Shown here: positions 1-13,261 of the stretch, piece by piece | How the letters are laid out: each line of letters begins with the position of its first letter | How positions within the stretch are numbered: the stretch's first letter is position 1 | DNA from: Octopus sinensis | Lineage: Eukaryota | Assembly (NCBI RefSeq): GCF_006345805.1 | Contig: NC_042998.1 | Span: 45,198,001-45,262,000 of the forward strand | Direction: 5' to 3' | DNA length: 64,000 nt | The notes under the pieces: generated by a model | The model's database searches: none | What the model was told of the DNA's origin: nothing | Seen by the model: only the letters and a program-made list of their open reading frames with translations | Position numbers and translations under genes: made by a program

Positions 1-331
1 AAAGGGTTTTAAACCTTTAACATATGGGTTATTATGTCAAATGTAATGATTATTTATTCACATTGCTTTGAATTAATCATGCATTATCTTGTAGCTAAGA
101 CATTTTCATGATGTGATTGCTTAGTTTTAGAAAGATATATTAGGATAGGTGTTAGCATTCAGATCTGGCCAGTTTTAACACTCGTTGAATATTTAGGCCG
201 GATATGGCCAGTTTGAATGCTAAATGGTTAAATTAGTATTCAAGTGATTCATATTAAACAGTTTACTTATAAGAGACAAAGATTTCAGTATCACAGACCT
301 TGAATGCATGAGTACTCACAAATGCAAGGTA

Positions 332-917
332 CAAGTTTGGCCCAAAAGTAGGTTTACAGTTATCATGTAGGCACTTTAAATTTCTTTTATAACATTTTAT
401 TACATTTAAATTTCTATCTTACAATTTACTAAATTAGCATAGAATAATGGTTTCATATTTTTTGAGGAGACCTATTGAGTCAAATACATCAAAATCAAAA
501 TCAAGTGGAAATTGTAGTTGTGATCCCCATGCCAGTGGCACGCAAAAAGCACCATCTGAACGTGGCCAATGCCAGAGCTGCTTTAACTAGCTTCCGAGGT
601 GGTGGCACATAAAAAGCACTAACCAATTGTGGTAGGTCGCCAGCGTCCTCTGGCCCCTGTGCTAGTGGCATGTAAAAAGCATCCACTACACTCTTGGAGT
701 GGTTGGTGTTAGGAAGGGCATCTAGCAGTAGAAACATTGCCAGATCAGACTGGAGCCTGGGGCAGTCTCCTGGCTTCCCAGACTCCAGTTGAACCTTTCA
801 ACCCATGCCAGCATGGAAAAACGGACATTAAACGATGATGATGATGATCTAAACTGTTAATATATGAATGTGAAAAAGATAGTTGAATAACTGTAAACCT
901 ACTTTTGGGCCACCCTG
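332..917. mobile_element. Tc1/mariner-type MITE interrupted by an RTE 3'UTR
   Basis: TIR ggcccaaaagtaggtttacagtt / aactgtaaacctacttttgggcc with TA flanks. Confidence 0.75.
500..848 (+). mobile_element. RTE LINE 3'UTR copy
   Basis: Matches 20250-20690 and ends in aaacgatgatgatg. Confidence 0.85.
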
Positions 918-1327
918 TATCTGAAGAAAAAAAAAATATATATCCAGCTGTTTAACACAATTCTCTAGAAAGTTGGTTCTGATAGCCTACTATTTTAATT
1001 AAAGTAGCCTTTAACATGAGTGAGTACTTAAACATCATGTTTGTGGGGATGCATGTGTGTGTATGCATGTGTGCGTGTGTACATGTGTATACATGCATAT
1101 GTACATGTGTGTACATGTTTGCATGTGTGAACATGCTGTATCATCATCATCATCATCATCATCATTGTCGTCGTCGTCATCTTTTAATGTCCACCTTCCA
1201 TGATTGCATTGGTTGGATGGTTTGATGGGTTTGAGAATTGCATTTGGCAATGTGGTAAAGAAGTTCACTTCTCAAACATATGATATCAAGTTCAGTCCCA
1301 CTGTATAGCCCTATGTATATGTATAAA

Positions 1328-1538
1328 ACAATTTAGCTAGGTGTAAAATTCACCTAAGGAATATTAAATATTGAAGCATCATTACATACTTAAACGGGTT
1401 TACTATACTCCTGAGCTAACACCAAAGCCTAATAATTAAATTTTGTAGACTGAAAGGAGCATATCACACACACACACACACACATATACATTTATATGTA
1501 TATGCATATATGTATGTATGTGTGCACATGTGTGTGTG

Positions 1539-1583
<45 letters not shown>

Positions 1584-1797
1584 TAAGGAATGGAAAACAA
1601 AACAATAAATTGAACAATTATAAACTCAATTCAGTTGAAATATTTTATACAAACAAATCACGTATCTCATAAATTACAGCTGTTTCCCCTTCATTAATAA
1701 AACAAAGTTTTTCAAGAATAATCAAACCCGTTTAATTATGTAATGATGCATCAATATTTGATATCCCTTAGGTGAATTTTACACCTATCTAAATTGT
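1328..1797. repeat. Inverted repeat (~73-bp arms, 1328-1401 / 1725-1797) with a hammerhead 3' half
   Basis: Arms reverse-complementary; GAAACAGCTGTA on the minus strand at 1686..1675. Confidence 0.75.
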
Positions 1798-2126
1798 TAT
1801 ATATATATATATATACACATATATATATATATATATATATAATATATATATATATATCTTTATATATATATATATACACATATTTAAATATGTGTGCATG
1901 TGGTGTGTGCATCTTTGTCTTGACATCGCACAACAGATATAAATGTGAGTCCCATCATACAGGTAGCTTAACCTCAAGCTTTCCTTGAAAGTGCCTGACC
2001 ATGGGGAAATGGGAAAAATATTACCTTGCTGGGAAACAAGTGAGAGTTGGTGACAATAAGGGCAACAAGCCATAGAAAAAAATCTACCTCAATGAATCCC
2101 ATCTGATTTATGGAAGCATGGAAAAT

Positions 2127-2215
<89 letters not shown>

Positions 2216-3284
2216 TTATTCTGTTATTTGTTTCAGTCATTTGACTGCAGGAAGGTTATCTCCCCTGTCAGAGATATATTGCATGCTTTTCATAGCATTA
2301 AGCATTTTTAATTCCTAATTCTTGCAATATAAGTGCTTCAGTACTTTCAGTCACAATTAGTGATGATTCAATTTTTCCTTTATGGTATTATATTGTGCCT
2401 AGCTGTTTATGTTAATTTATATATATATATATGTATTGTGTGTGTGTGCAGATATGTATATATACACACATGTATAAATATGTTTATATACATATACATA
2501 AACACATGTGTCTGTACAAATGAAAGAAAAGAGTATTTGATATATTTCATTGCCTTCTTAGTTACTTGCATTAACAGTTTGACTGAGAATGAATGAGAAA
2601 AAAGACTTCTTATTTGAATGTTTAGCTTTGTTGTAAAAGGTTTTCACTGCTTCTAAATATAGCAGGTTGGCATTCTTCTCGTGGACTCATTTATTCATAT
2701 CTTGAGATCATCAGTTGTCACCTGCTACTGGATCAGGGGAGATAATCAAAAAGACTTTTGAATACATTTTTAGCAAATTATTTAGATAACCATGGGATGG
2801 GTTGTCTGATCTCTGTTTACAGGCAAGGGACAGCTAGCAATCTTCCCCTTTTATTTAATTATCTGAATTCATACAATGAAATTCTTTGAGTAATTTTGCT
2901 TATCTCTTTTTATTTTCAATTATGCAAATTGCTTTTGCCAAAAATTATACATTACACTTTTTCTTTATGTAAAAATCTATTTTCTGTTCTTTGGACTTGA
3001 GTTGACAGTCCTATGCTGACATGCTCAAATAGACCAAATGCTCTTTGCCTCTGTGTATATATATGTGTGTGTGTATATGTTATTAATGCATGTTGCACCC
3101 CTATGACTCTGTGTGAACAAGTTTTTGTCTTCCTTATATTTCCAAAGTTTCAAACTTACCTAGCTCAAGGAAAATAATCATTATGTTAAAGTGAATGAAT
3201 TTTTCTCCTCCACTGAAAAAAGTACTTAACGCATGACTCAACTGGTCTAAGATAGCCAATGTTTATTTTATTCACATAGAATTA

Positions 3285-3367
3285 TGGCCTGATGATATAC
3301 ATCAGTTACAGAATATTGGTAGTATAACAAATTACACATATAACTAAGTTGGTGAAACTGGCAGTCA
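3285..3367 (+). ncRNA. Degenerate hammerhead-like motif
   Basis: TGGC CTGATGA T...AGTTA...TAACT...T GAAAC TG GCA GTCA; stem I TGGC/GTCA. Cleavage triplet is GCA rather than NUH. Confidence 0.45.
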
Positions 3368-3387
3368 CTGATATGCCTTGAATACAT

Positions 3388-3426
<39 letters not shown>

Positions 3427-3671
3427 ACACACACACATGTATGTATGTATGTATGTATGTGTATGTATATCTATATCTGGGTATATATATTGTAAATAAG
3501 AAAATGGAGGAGAACAATAGGTGGTTCATCAACTTTTAGACATTAAAAATGTTAACTTATTTATTTATCAAACTGATAATTATAATAACATACATACATA
3601 TAGCATATTATTGTTTGCATATAAGATAAGGATACCAGTAATTATTAAAAATCTTGAATATAAATTGGTAA

Positions 3672-3802
3672 AATAACTTACAGCTGTTTCAGCCTATAGA
3701 TAAAAGTACCTCATTCTGCCTATATTACTCAAGTGGATTGAGGTAATAGGCAGATGAAAATGAGGCACTTGTATATATCTCTAGGCTACGTCAGAGATTA
3801 TA
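3672..3802 (-). ncRNA. Type-I hammerhead-ribozyme-like motif with ~97-nt stem II
   Basis: CTGACGT (3794-3788), then a long hairpin AGCCTAGAGATA...TATCTATAGGCT, then GAAAC AGCT GTA. Palindromic stem III ACAGCTGT; stem I TAATCT/AGTTA. One core deviation (A9>U). Confidence 0.65.
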
Positions 3803-5329
3803 AATATTCATGTGAGTGTGTGAGATCTCTCGACCCTTGCTTTCTACTGCCACCATCAGTCTACTATCAGTCTTCAATTTACTATTTTACTTTCTGCTGC
3901 TACAGGCAGTAAACCTGTGCCTTCATAAATCTGAAATGTTCCCTTCTTAGTTGGCCAAATTCCTAATCCAGTGCTTAGTATGTCTTAACAAAGAGCAAAT
4001 ACTTCATAGTTACTACACAAATGATTCTTTTCTTTCTCTTCTCTCTTATTATTTCTCTCTCTGTATCAGTTAAAAATCATCAAAATTTTAGGGTCTACAT
4101 TTCAGGCAGGTAGATTGCAATTCAGAAAACAGTGTCACTGCACAGTTTAACTTAGAATCAATGAATGATATCCAGCTTGTTTTAAACCATTTTTCTTGAA
4201 CTTTCAAGCACCTTAGATGCCAGTGAGACCTGTCTTTCCATATTTTCTTTGCCTTTGAGTACAACACTGTCTTTCTATCTTTTCTTTGCCTTTGGGTACA
4301 ACACTGCATAGAAACCCTAACCCTATATTCCTATAACTGTTTAATAGATATTTTGAATTTGCCAAAGATCATGAATATTAGGGCATATTAGGGCTATGTC
4401 ACCACCATATCTAATGTTTATGGAAAGAAAGTCAATAATTACCAGATATTTCTCCAAGATTTTCAATTCCCTCATGATAAAATTCTGATGGAAGTAGAAG
4501 GCAACCTTATCTCAGACTTATACACATTGCAAACCGTCTGGCCATCTATGACAATGATACAGTTTTTACTGTTCTACAGTGCCTTTTTACTCAGCACTAT
4601 TTTGGGTATCTTTACCTATGACTGACATCATCTTTCCAGTCAAAATGTAAAAGAACATAAATTCTACATGATGAAAGAGAACTGCTCAAAGCTGGCTTAT
4701 AATCGGTTATAGCCAAAGCCTTTTTATGTCAGGCAATGAAATGGAGAGACAAAGCAGAAGAGAAACATAGTGTCATCAAAGATGAAGAAGATAATATACA
4801 TACAAACACAGCTGAAGATTTTCAGTTATGGTAAAATTATTCTAAACATCTTAACACTTAACCATATAACACAGAAGAAATATCAAAAATCCCAGATGGC
4901 TATCTCATGTGAATACTCATGCAGAAATGACAAAAAAGAAATGGAAGAGGTAATAAAAAGAATGAAAAATCATAAAACCCTTACTATAAGATATCATCAG
5001 GATTGAAGCACTGAATGCAAGAGGATAGCACATAGATAATATGTTGCATAATGCATTAAATGGAAAACAGAAAAGATATCATAGGATTGGGCCTGATTAC
5101 TGGTAACAGCAATACATAAAAATAGGTGAGAAGCAAAGCTCAAAAGCTACATGGTAATTTCTTCTTTCTGATTGAAACCAAGAAAAGTGTATCTTCCACA
5201 AGAAATAAAAATACAAATTAAATATAACTAAAGGAGCAACAGGAAAGCATAAATTTAGATTTCTATTGCCTGACAGATGATTGGATAAGCAGGAGAACAT
5301 ACATATATATGCATTCTTTCTTTTCTTTT

Positions 5330-5722
5330 TATTCTTTTACTTGTTTCAGTCATTTGACTGTGGCCATGCTGGAGCACCGCATTTACTCGAGCAAATCGAC
5401 CCCCAGAGCTTATTCTTTGTAAGCCTAGTACTTATTCTATCGGTCACTTTTGCTGAACCACTAAGTTATGGGGACATAAATACACCAGCATCGGTTGTCA
5501 AGCGATGTGGGGGGGGGGACAAACACAGACACACACACACATACACACATATATACATATACGACGGTCTTCTTCTGGCTTCCGTCTACCAAATCCACTC
5601 ATAAGGCTTTGGTCAGCTCGAGGCTATAGTAGAAGACACTTGCCCAAGGTGCCACACACTGGGACTGAACCCATGACCATGTGGTTGGTAAGCAAGCTAC
5701 TTACCACACAGCTACTCCTGCA
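5330..5722 (-). mobile_element. tRNA-derived CORE-type SINE
   Basis: Head ggagtggctgtgtggtaag...ggttcagtccc, CORE-like accttgggcaag, internal microsatellite, tail aaatgactgaaacaagtaaaag. Confidence 0.85.
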
Positions 5723-5812
5723 CCTTGTATACAAATATGTATGTATGTATGCATGCTTGCATACATGCATGTGTGTATGTATGTATCGTGTGTATACATG
5801 CATAAATGAATG

Positions 5813-5846
<34 letters not shown>

Positions 5847-6179
5847 TGCATGCATGTATGTATGTTTGTATGTATTTAATACGTAATCATGTGATCATGT
5901 GATTGACTAGGCTATCAGATATTGTTATACAATGCTGGTCACAATGCGCTTTGGCATTATTTTTAGCTTTTGAATGATGCCATCCTACCAGCTTGGCAAG
6001 CAGACCAACATTCCTCTTGATTGGAATGTCAGTCCATTACTACTCCAACTCATTTACAGCTGAGTGGACAGGAGCAACATGAAATGAGGTCTTTTCCTCA
6101 AGAACACAGCACACAGACGATCTGTAGATCGAAACCACAATCTCACACCTATCCACTTGGCCATGTGCCTTCACATACT

Positions 6180-6214
<35 letters not shown>

Positions 6215-6270
6215 TTATATACACACGCACATACATACCACAAACACACACACATATCTATATATATATA

Positions 6271-6301
<31 letters not shown>

Positions 6302-6520
6302 GTATGTATTTGATAAAGAGAAAAAATGACTGATTCTTTTTCTCTTTTTCCAAATATACCAAGGGTTTCACACTTTTCCAATATATATATATACATACAT
6401 ACATATATACATATATATATATACATACATACATACATACATATATATACATACATACATATATATGCATACATACATATTTTTGCATACATACATATAT
6501 ATGCATACATACATACATAT

Positions 6521-6826
6521 ATCATCATCATCATCATCATTTAACGTCCGCTTTCCATGCTAGCATGGGTTGGACGGTTCAACTGGGGTCTGGGGAGCCC
6601 GAAGGCTGCACCAGGCCAGTCAGATCTGGCAGTGTTTCTACAGCTGGATGCCCTTCCTAACGCCAACCACTCCGAGAGTGTAGTGGGTGATTTTATGTGC
6701 CACCGATACAGGTGCCAGACGAGGCTGGCAGGCGGCCACGCTCGGATGGTGTTTTTATGTGCCACCGACACAGGTGCCAGATGAGGCTGGCGAACGGCCA
6801 CGATCGGATGGTGTTTGTTACGTGCC
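6521..6826 (-). mobile_element. RTE LINE 3'UTR copy
   Basis: (CAT)n tttaacgtccgctttccatgctagc; nearly identical to 21079-21230. Confidence 0.85.
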
Positions 6827-6849
6827 CATATATATATATAAATATATAC

Positions 6850-6974
<125 letters not shown>

Positions 6975-7011
6975 AAATGCATGAGATCCTTGGTATAGTT
7001 GGGTATATTTG

Positions 7012-7150
7012 AGAAAAGAAAAAGAATGACTTCACTGGTAGTTCTAATCAGTTTAATTCGTTATTTTTTAATTTATATTATCAAAAAATTTTTAAATAAC
7101 GAATTACACTGATTAGAACTACCAGTGAAGTCATTATTTTTCTTTTTTCA
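7012..7150. repeat. Fold-back hairpin within (TA)n tracts
   Basis: Arms ~7012-7068 / 7094-7150 (gacttcactggtagttctaatcagt / actgattagaactaccagtgaagtc). Flank 6970-7030 is related to 6310-6380 in inverted orientation. Confidence 0.85.
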
Positions 7151-7152
7151 AT

Positions 7153-7199
<47 letters not shown>

Positions 7200-7320
7200 A
7201 TGTTTATATATGTGTGCATGTGTGGAAACAGTAGAAAAGAGAACTCAAAACATGATATAGAGTATATATTTGTAGGTAACCTTTTAATGACTTACAAAGT
7301 CATTACCTAGACATGAAAGT

Positions 7321-7830
7321 CATGAAAGGAATTATCTAATTGATTGGATATCTGTAATAGTTTCATATTTGCAAGCTAGTTTCCTATTGGATAACATGAT
7401 GAAAATTGTTGCAGAGTGCTGCATAAATTACTGCAATGAATTATTAGATATTGGAGAGTTTCTAAGACATAAGGGAAGTAACTTGGACATGTGTGATATT
7501 TTTAACTCCCTTACTAATAAAATTTTCTCTAAAATTATTTTTTGAATTAGTTGAAATTATCTCAAGACAAAGGCTCATCTGTAACTGCAAATAGAGATCA
7601 CTTTGGATTTTCTGTTGATAGGTATTGTATGCTGTTTCAGGACATACAGTTTCTCAAAGAGAATTAGCCTACAATTCAACAACCCACTGAAGTATATGGA
7701 GCCTATCATTAATTTTCCAGGTTGCATTCTGTTAGTCTCTAAGCTTCCAAATATAATAGGGAAGAGAAGTAGAGTCAATCCTATCTCTAAACCAAAAGGA
7801 GCACAGATGTTGGTTATATCACACTTTGAA
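7321..7830 (+). pseudogene. Possible decayed MRG-domain (MSL3/MRG15-like) retrocopy
   Basis: YLIDWISV...NLDMCDIFN, then QPTEVYGAYH* and KLPNIIGK in shifted frames; compare MRG P..VYGA.HLLRLF.KLP..LGK. Confidence 0.35.
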
Positions 7831-9108
7831 ATCATTGGCAGTAAGCCCTATATACACACATAAGTGCGTGCGCATGCACACACACATATTTTGTAATGAA
7901 GCTGAAATGAGGTGAGAATAACAAGATATAAGAGTAATCAGATGTAGTGTGTTTTAAGGAAGACAATGCCAGTACAATGCCAATGTCATCTGTACATAGG
8001 AATGCTGAACGCCTCAAGTGAATGGATCCTTTGGAAGAGAAGACCAAGGAAGACATATAACAAAATGCTGAAAACTGATCTGATGTGTCTGAAGATCATG
8101 AAGGAGATAAGAAATGACAAAATATTGTACAGGAGAAAATCTACCTAATTCATGCCAGCATGATAAAGTGGACATGAAATAGTAATGATGATGGAAATGG
8201 TGAGGGGACTCCATACTGTCATTTTGTTTCTCCCCATACATGCCACCAATGTAATGAGGTTCCTTGCCACCTGCTTCTTTATTGTAATCCAGCACTCTCG
8301 CTCTCTTTTACATTACTTCCTCCTCTATGAAATATTGTTAGTATCCATCATTTTCTCTCCCCACCGTCTCTCTCTCACACACACACAGACACACATGCAT
8401 GCATACATACAAACATTCTTCTTTCATTACCTCATCACGCTACTCATGCTATTTCTATTCAATCCACTTACCACCTACCACACCATAATTTAGTTGTATT
8501 ATAATTCATTTTATCCTCTCTATTTTGCCTTGCTGTGGTTCTTTTTCATTGCTCTCTCTTCTACCAATCTCTAGGCAATATAATTTTAACTCAATTTTCC
8601 TACCCCTGTCTCTCAGCCTCTTATTTTTATCTCTCTGGTTCTTTCGGTTACTTTTTCTTCTATCACTCTGTCATTTTGGTTTTCTTCCCAGCAAGTTATG
8701 CAGAAAATGAAGTAACAAACAAACTGAGATAATACAGAGTAGAAGAGTTTCTGTTTAGTTGTGCTGGGAGTGAGATGGTTTCACTGGTGCTGGTGAAAGA
8801 AGGACCACATACAACATAGAATAGAAAAACATCTTTAGTCTTGTCAAGGACAGGGTAACTTTTCTAATGTTGGTGCTATGATAAAATGCAGCATGTACTC
8901 TCATTAAGTTGGATGATCATACCGCTATAGATGCTATGCTAAATATAAGTGAGTGGTAGACCCCAATCCATCAAGGGGGAGGTAATATTGTACAAGAACT
9001 GACTTAAACTGTGATGACCAGTCAAACTCATGCCATTATAGATATGATAATGTTGACTATGATGATGATGATTATGATAACAATGACAATGACTAAGATA
9101 TCTATATA

Positions 9109-9590
9109 CGAGGGTGAGTCAAAAAGTAATGCCATTTTGTTATAATTACCAATGGATTACATCCCTATTTCTCAACATAGTCACCATTTCTCTCAATAGT
9201 AATGTTCCACCTTCAAATGAGAGCATATATCGCGGCTCCATAAAATTCTGTTGACTGTTCTTTGAGACACTTCTTCATTACAGTTTTCACTTCTTCATCA
9301 CTGGTGTATCATCTCTTCGGCCCCATGAAAGAGGGCTTGAGAGGCAAACATTATTACAATGACAAGGAAGTGAAAACTGTAGTGAAGAAGTGGTTCAAAG
9401 AACAGTCAACAGAATTTTATGGGGCAGGGATATATGTTCTCATTTGCTATTGAGAGAAACAGTGACTATGTTGAGAAGTAAGGATGTGGTCTACAGAGGA
9501 CCAGCTTCATTTTGATGTATGATACATGTTTCTGTGTTGGTAATTATACCTGTCCTAAACAAAATGGCATTACTTTTTGATTTACTCTCA
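9109..9590. mobile_element. Mariner-derived palindromic non-autonomous element
   Basis: TA flanks; ~35-bp TIR cgagggtgagtcaaaaagtaatgccattttg. Transposase C-terminus YHLFGPMKEGLRGKHY...KWFKEQSTEFY; the left arm is an inverted copy of it. Confidence 0.88.
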
Positions 9591-10021
9591 TACATATATA
9601 TACACACGTGTGTGTGTGCGCACACTCACAGATAAGAATATATTATATATGTGTATGTGTAAATATATATATGTATATATGTATGTATAAATATTTCCCT
9701 ACATTCACTGACTGACAGGCCCTCATCTGTTCGTGTCTCATTCCAAGTCATAGCCAAAATAAAATAATACTGTCTTAATCTGAGAAACATTCACAAGAAC
9801 AAAACAAATTCCGTTCTTAAGTCATTATAATTTCACTGCCTTCATATTTCTGCTATCCTAACCATCTTGACATCTGGAAGCATCTGGACTTAATTTCTCC
9901 TGAGTGTATCAGTATGAACTAACTAAAAATCAATAAATTTGTGACAACAGAATATGAAGAATCTTATCCCTTCAAAAAATGCAGTAGCAGATGATGTTAT
10001 CTGGTCCTCCTTTTATGAAGC

Positions 10022-10024
<3 letters not shown>

Positions 10025-10088
<64 letters not shown>
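10025..10088. repeat. (TAA)n microsatellite (CR1-type tail)
   Basis: About 21 TAA units adjacent to a CR1-type 3' tip. Confidence 0.9.
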
Positions 10089-10090
<2 letters not shown>

Positions 10091-10457
10091 AATTATTGTA
10101 TACAGTGCTCAGGTGCACCACAACTAACTCATATCAAAATCATTTTACTGACTAGCTTTGAAAGGAATTAAAATGAAGTGTTCCCCTACACATAGTCTAT
10201 ACATAACACAGTTCCAAGTATTTTGTTTTTAAATCAGTATTAATGGCATTTGCAACATTTATGATCACAAATTTTTGTCGTATTACCAAAAATAAAAGAA
10301 AGTTAAAATAACTTTTAATTTATGGTTGAGTGGGTAAGTGAAACAAAGCCTTTATCAAAAAATGAAATCTGCTTTACATTTATGGTATTTTGAGAGTTAC
10401 TGATTAGTCATAGTCAAACATCTTAATAATTTATTTCTTATTTTAACCATTTAGCAT

Positions 10458-10686
10458 TTAACCCTTTCGTTACCAACCCAGATGAAACCGGCTCTGGCTC
10501 TGTAGTACAAATGTCTTGTTTTCATAAGTTTTGAATTGAAATCTTCCACCAAACCTTAGTCACAATTTATGTCCCTAACACTAGCTGAATGAGGACTAAG
10601 TTATTTTACTAAATTCTTTGTTATATTTAAAATAATTGAAAGAAACACAGAGCATCTCAAAATAAATACAGTAACGAAAGGGTTAA
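10458..10686. mobile_element. piggyBac-like (TTAA) MITE nested in another TTAA MITE
   Basis: ttaa ccctttcgttac...gtaacgaaaggg ttaa; host MITE ~10443-10890. Confidence 0.8.
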
Positions 10687-11038
10687 ACCAGCCTTGTCCA
10701 GCCAAAATATTCAACCCATTTTATGTTCAAACTGATCAGATCTGGTCCCTCACACTATAATATCATTCCAAAAGTAAACAATCATACCATTGAAATTTCA
10801 AAGATGGAAGATAATGCATGATTGATTAAAACAATATGAATAAATAAATATTATATTTGACAGAGTAAACCAAATGCTGAAGGTGTAAATGTAGTGTAAA
10901 CATTCAAACAGTGTCAGTCTTTCCTAATCCAATATCATCCTAGTGAATAAATTGTCTTGCCTTTTTTGGCTGTGAATTTTCTTCTGAAAAGTTTGATTAG
11001 TGTGCTAGAAAACATGGCATTTATTAAAATTGGCCATA

Positions 11039-11435
11039 GGCACAGGAGTGGCTGTGTGGTAAGTAGCTTGCTTACCAACCACATGGTTCCGGGTTCAGTC
11101 CCACTGCATGACACCTTGGGCAAGTGTCTTCTATAGCCTTGGGCCGACCAAAGCCTTGTGAGTGGATTTGGTAGATGAAAACTGAAAGAAGCCCGTTGTA
11201 TATATGTATATATATGTATGTTTGTGTATATGTTTATGTGTCTGTGTTTGTCCCCCAACATCGCTTGACAACCGATGCTGGTGTGTTTACATCCCTGTCA
11301 CTTAGCGGTTCAGCAAAAGAGACCAATGGAATAAGTACTAGACTTAAAAAGAATAAGTCCTGGAATCAATTTGTTTGATTAAAGGTAGTGCTCCAGCATG
11401 GCTGCAGTCAAATGACTGAAACCAGTAAAAGAGTA
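11039..11435 (+). mobile_element. tRNA-derived CORE-type SINE
   Basis: Same family. Confidence 0.85.
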
Positions 11436-11930
11436 TAGCTGAATTAGAACATGAAAAAAATGGAGATGAAAATTAAATACTGTAAAACAATTTAGTTTTG
11501 ATGTTCTGCTGCTTCGTTAGTCTCAACTACCTATCATAAAGGCTAGTTAAAAACATGAATAATCATTTGTTCTTTGTGTATTGTTCATATGTCTAATGCC
11601 TAGGTGGGAGAGAACTATGGGATTATTTCCAATTTAACCAACACTTCATGGTGAATATTCTATAAAGTGTTGAAATACATTTAATCAATTATCATGCTAG
11701 ACAAACAGGATTCTGTAAAGAATTTTCTATATTAGATGCTTAATTACATAACAACTAAATCCCGTATCAGATTAATCCCTGCAATCTGAAGATTTGTCAC
11801 AACATTCCAGGGAAATTTGTTCAGCATAAATGGAGGAAACTAACTAAATAACAGGATTGAAATTAAACTAAATTCAAAAGAATTTAAAACTTTCTAGTCA
11901 TAAAATACAAATATCCAAAAGTTCATTTGT

Positions 11931-12270
11931 TTAACCCTTAAGCATTTAAACTGATTATATCCATCCAAAACATTCCACCTGTTTTATGTCCAAACCAGTC
12001 AGATCCAGCCTCTTATACCTTACCTTACTATGTCATTCTAAAACTAAACATCACCAAAATCTCAAAGCTGCAAGACATTACATGATTAATTAAAAAAATG
12101 TGAATAAATAAGCATTAGGAGTGGCTGTGTGGTAAGTAGCTTGCTTATCAACCACATGGTTCCAGGTTCAGTCCCACTGTGTGGCACCTTGGGCAAGTGT
12201 CTTCTACTATAGCTTCGGGCCTTGTGAGTGGATTTGTTAGACAGAAACTGAATGAAGCCCATCGTATATA

Positions 12271-12310
<40 letters not shown>

Positions 12311-12523
12311 TCCCCCAACATCGCTTGACAACCAATGTTTACATCCCCCGTCACTTAGCAGTTCAGCAAAAGAGACCGATAGAATAAGTACTAGGCTTCC
12401 AAAGAATAAGTCCTGGGGTCGATTTGCTCAACTAAAGGTGGTGCTCCAGCATGGCTGCAGTCAAATGACTGAAACAAGTAAAAGAGTACATTTGACAGAA
12501 TAATCTGAATGCTAAAGGGTTAA
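11931..12523. mobile_element. TTAA MITE interrupted by a CORE-type SINE (12117-12487)
   Basis: ttaacccttaagcattt...gctaaagggttaa. Related copies at ~10-232, 37277-37500, 40467-40690 and 41695-41905. Confidence 0.75.
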
Positions 12524-13126
12524 CTAAGCAGGAAAAGTGAATATATCAAATTAAGATGTTCCATATACTATACTTTCTGTCATAGAAGTCAATGTAGTAT
12601 ATAGTATAAACATTTATTATATACATTCAAACCTAGTCACTATCTTTCCTAATCTTTCTGCATTTCATATGGAACTTTCTTTCTTCCAATACCATCTTGA
12701 TATATGAAGTTGACTTGGCTTTTTGGGGTTGTAAATTTTGATCTGAAAAATCTGATTTGTATGGAGGAAAATATGGTTTTATTAATTCTGGGAAGATGAA
12801 TAGTAAAACTAGCCAAAGCTGGATTATTGCATGAAAAAGATGGAGATGAAAATTAACACATTAACTGCCACATGTATCACTGGTAGTTCATCACAAACTT
12901 CATGCAACTGCCATATGTAACAGGCTATATGAAAAAAGATTTTTAGAGTGGTTCATCTATAAAGTCAACAAATACTTAAGTGCTAAAATATGTAGTATTT
13001 GTCTTCATGAGCTTCAGGTATATCAGAGACCATAGGTCAGGGAAAAGATGCACTCGTATATCGGTCAGTAGAGTGGTTATATTATCCTAAATGTATAGGC
13101 AGTCACCATATTCCCTTCCATATCAG

Positions 13127-13209
13127 CTAACTCTGATAAGTGCAAAGTTTTATAATTGGTTTGTTATCTAACACCCCATTGTATTCTTTACATGAAACCG
13201 ATTGGTAAG
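13127..13209 (+). ncRNA. Degenerate hammerhead-like motif
   Basis: CTAACT CTGATAA GTGCAAAG...CTTTACAT GAAAC CG ATT GGTAAG; core mutated. Lies just upstream of a (TA)n tract and hairpin. Confidence 0.4.
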
Positions 13210-13261
13210 ACCATCCATGATGGATATTTAATACTGTACATTTCAGATAATATATATATAT

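Noticed and set aside
952-2596. [12 protein letters not shown]-rich ORFs here and at 6021-7310, 16246-18947, 51238-51603 and 54207-54748
   Set aside because: Translations of stop-free (TA)n/(CA)n microsatellites, not proteins.
4340-5090. Possible coding sequence (also 7900-8190, 29780-30160, 55380-55780, 60980-61500)
   Set aside because: Appear to be heavily decayed LINE remnants; too degraded to assign boundaries or family confidently.
6690-6826. Repeat-spacer-like units in RTE 3'UTR copies resembling a CRISPR array
   Set aside because: The intervening sequences are themselves homologous, the context is eukaryotic, there are no cas genes, and the array is attached to LINE RT sequence at 19701-20692.
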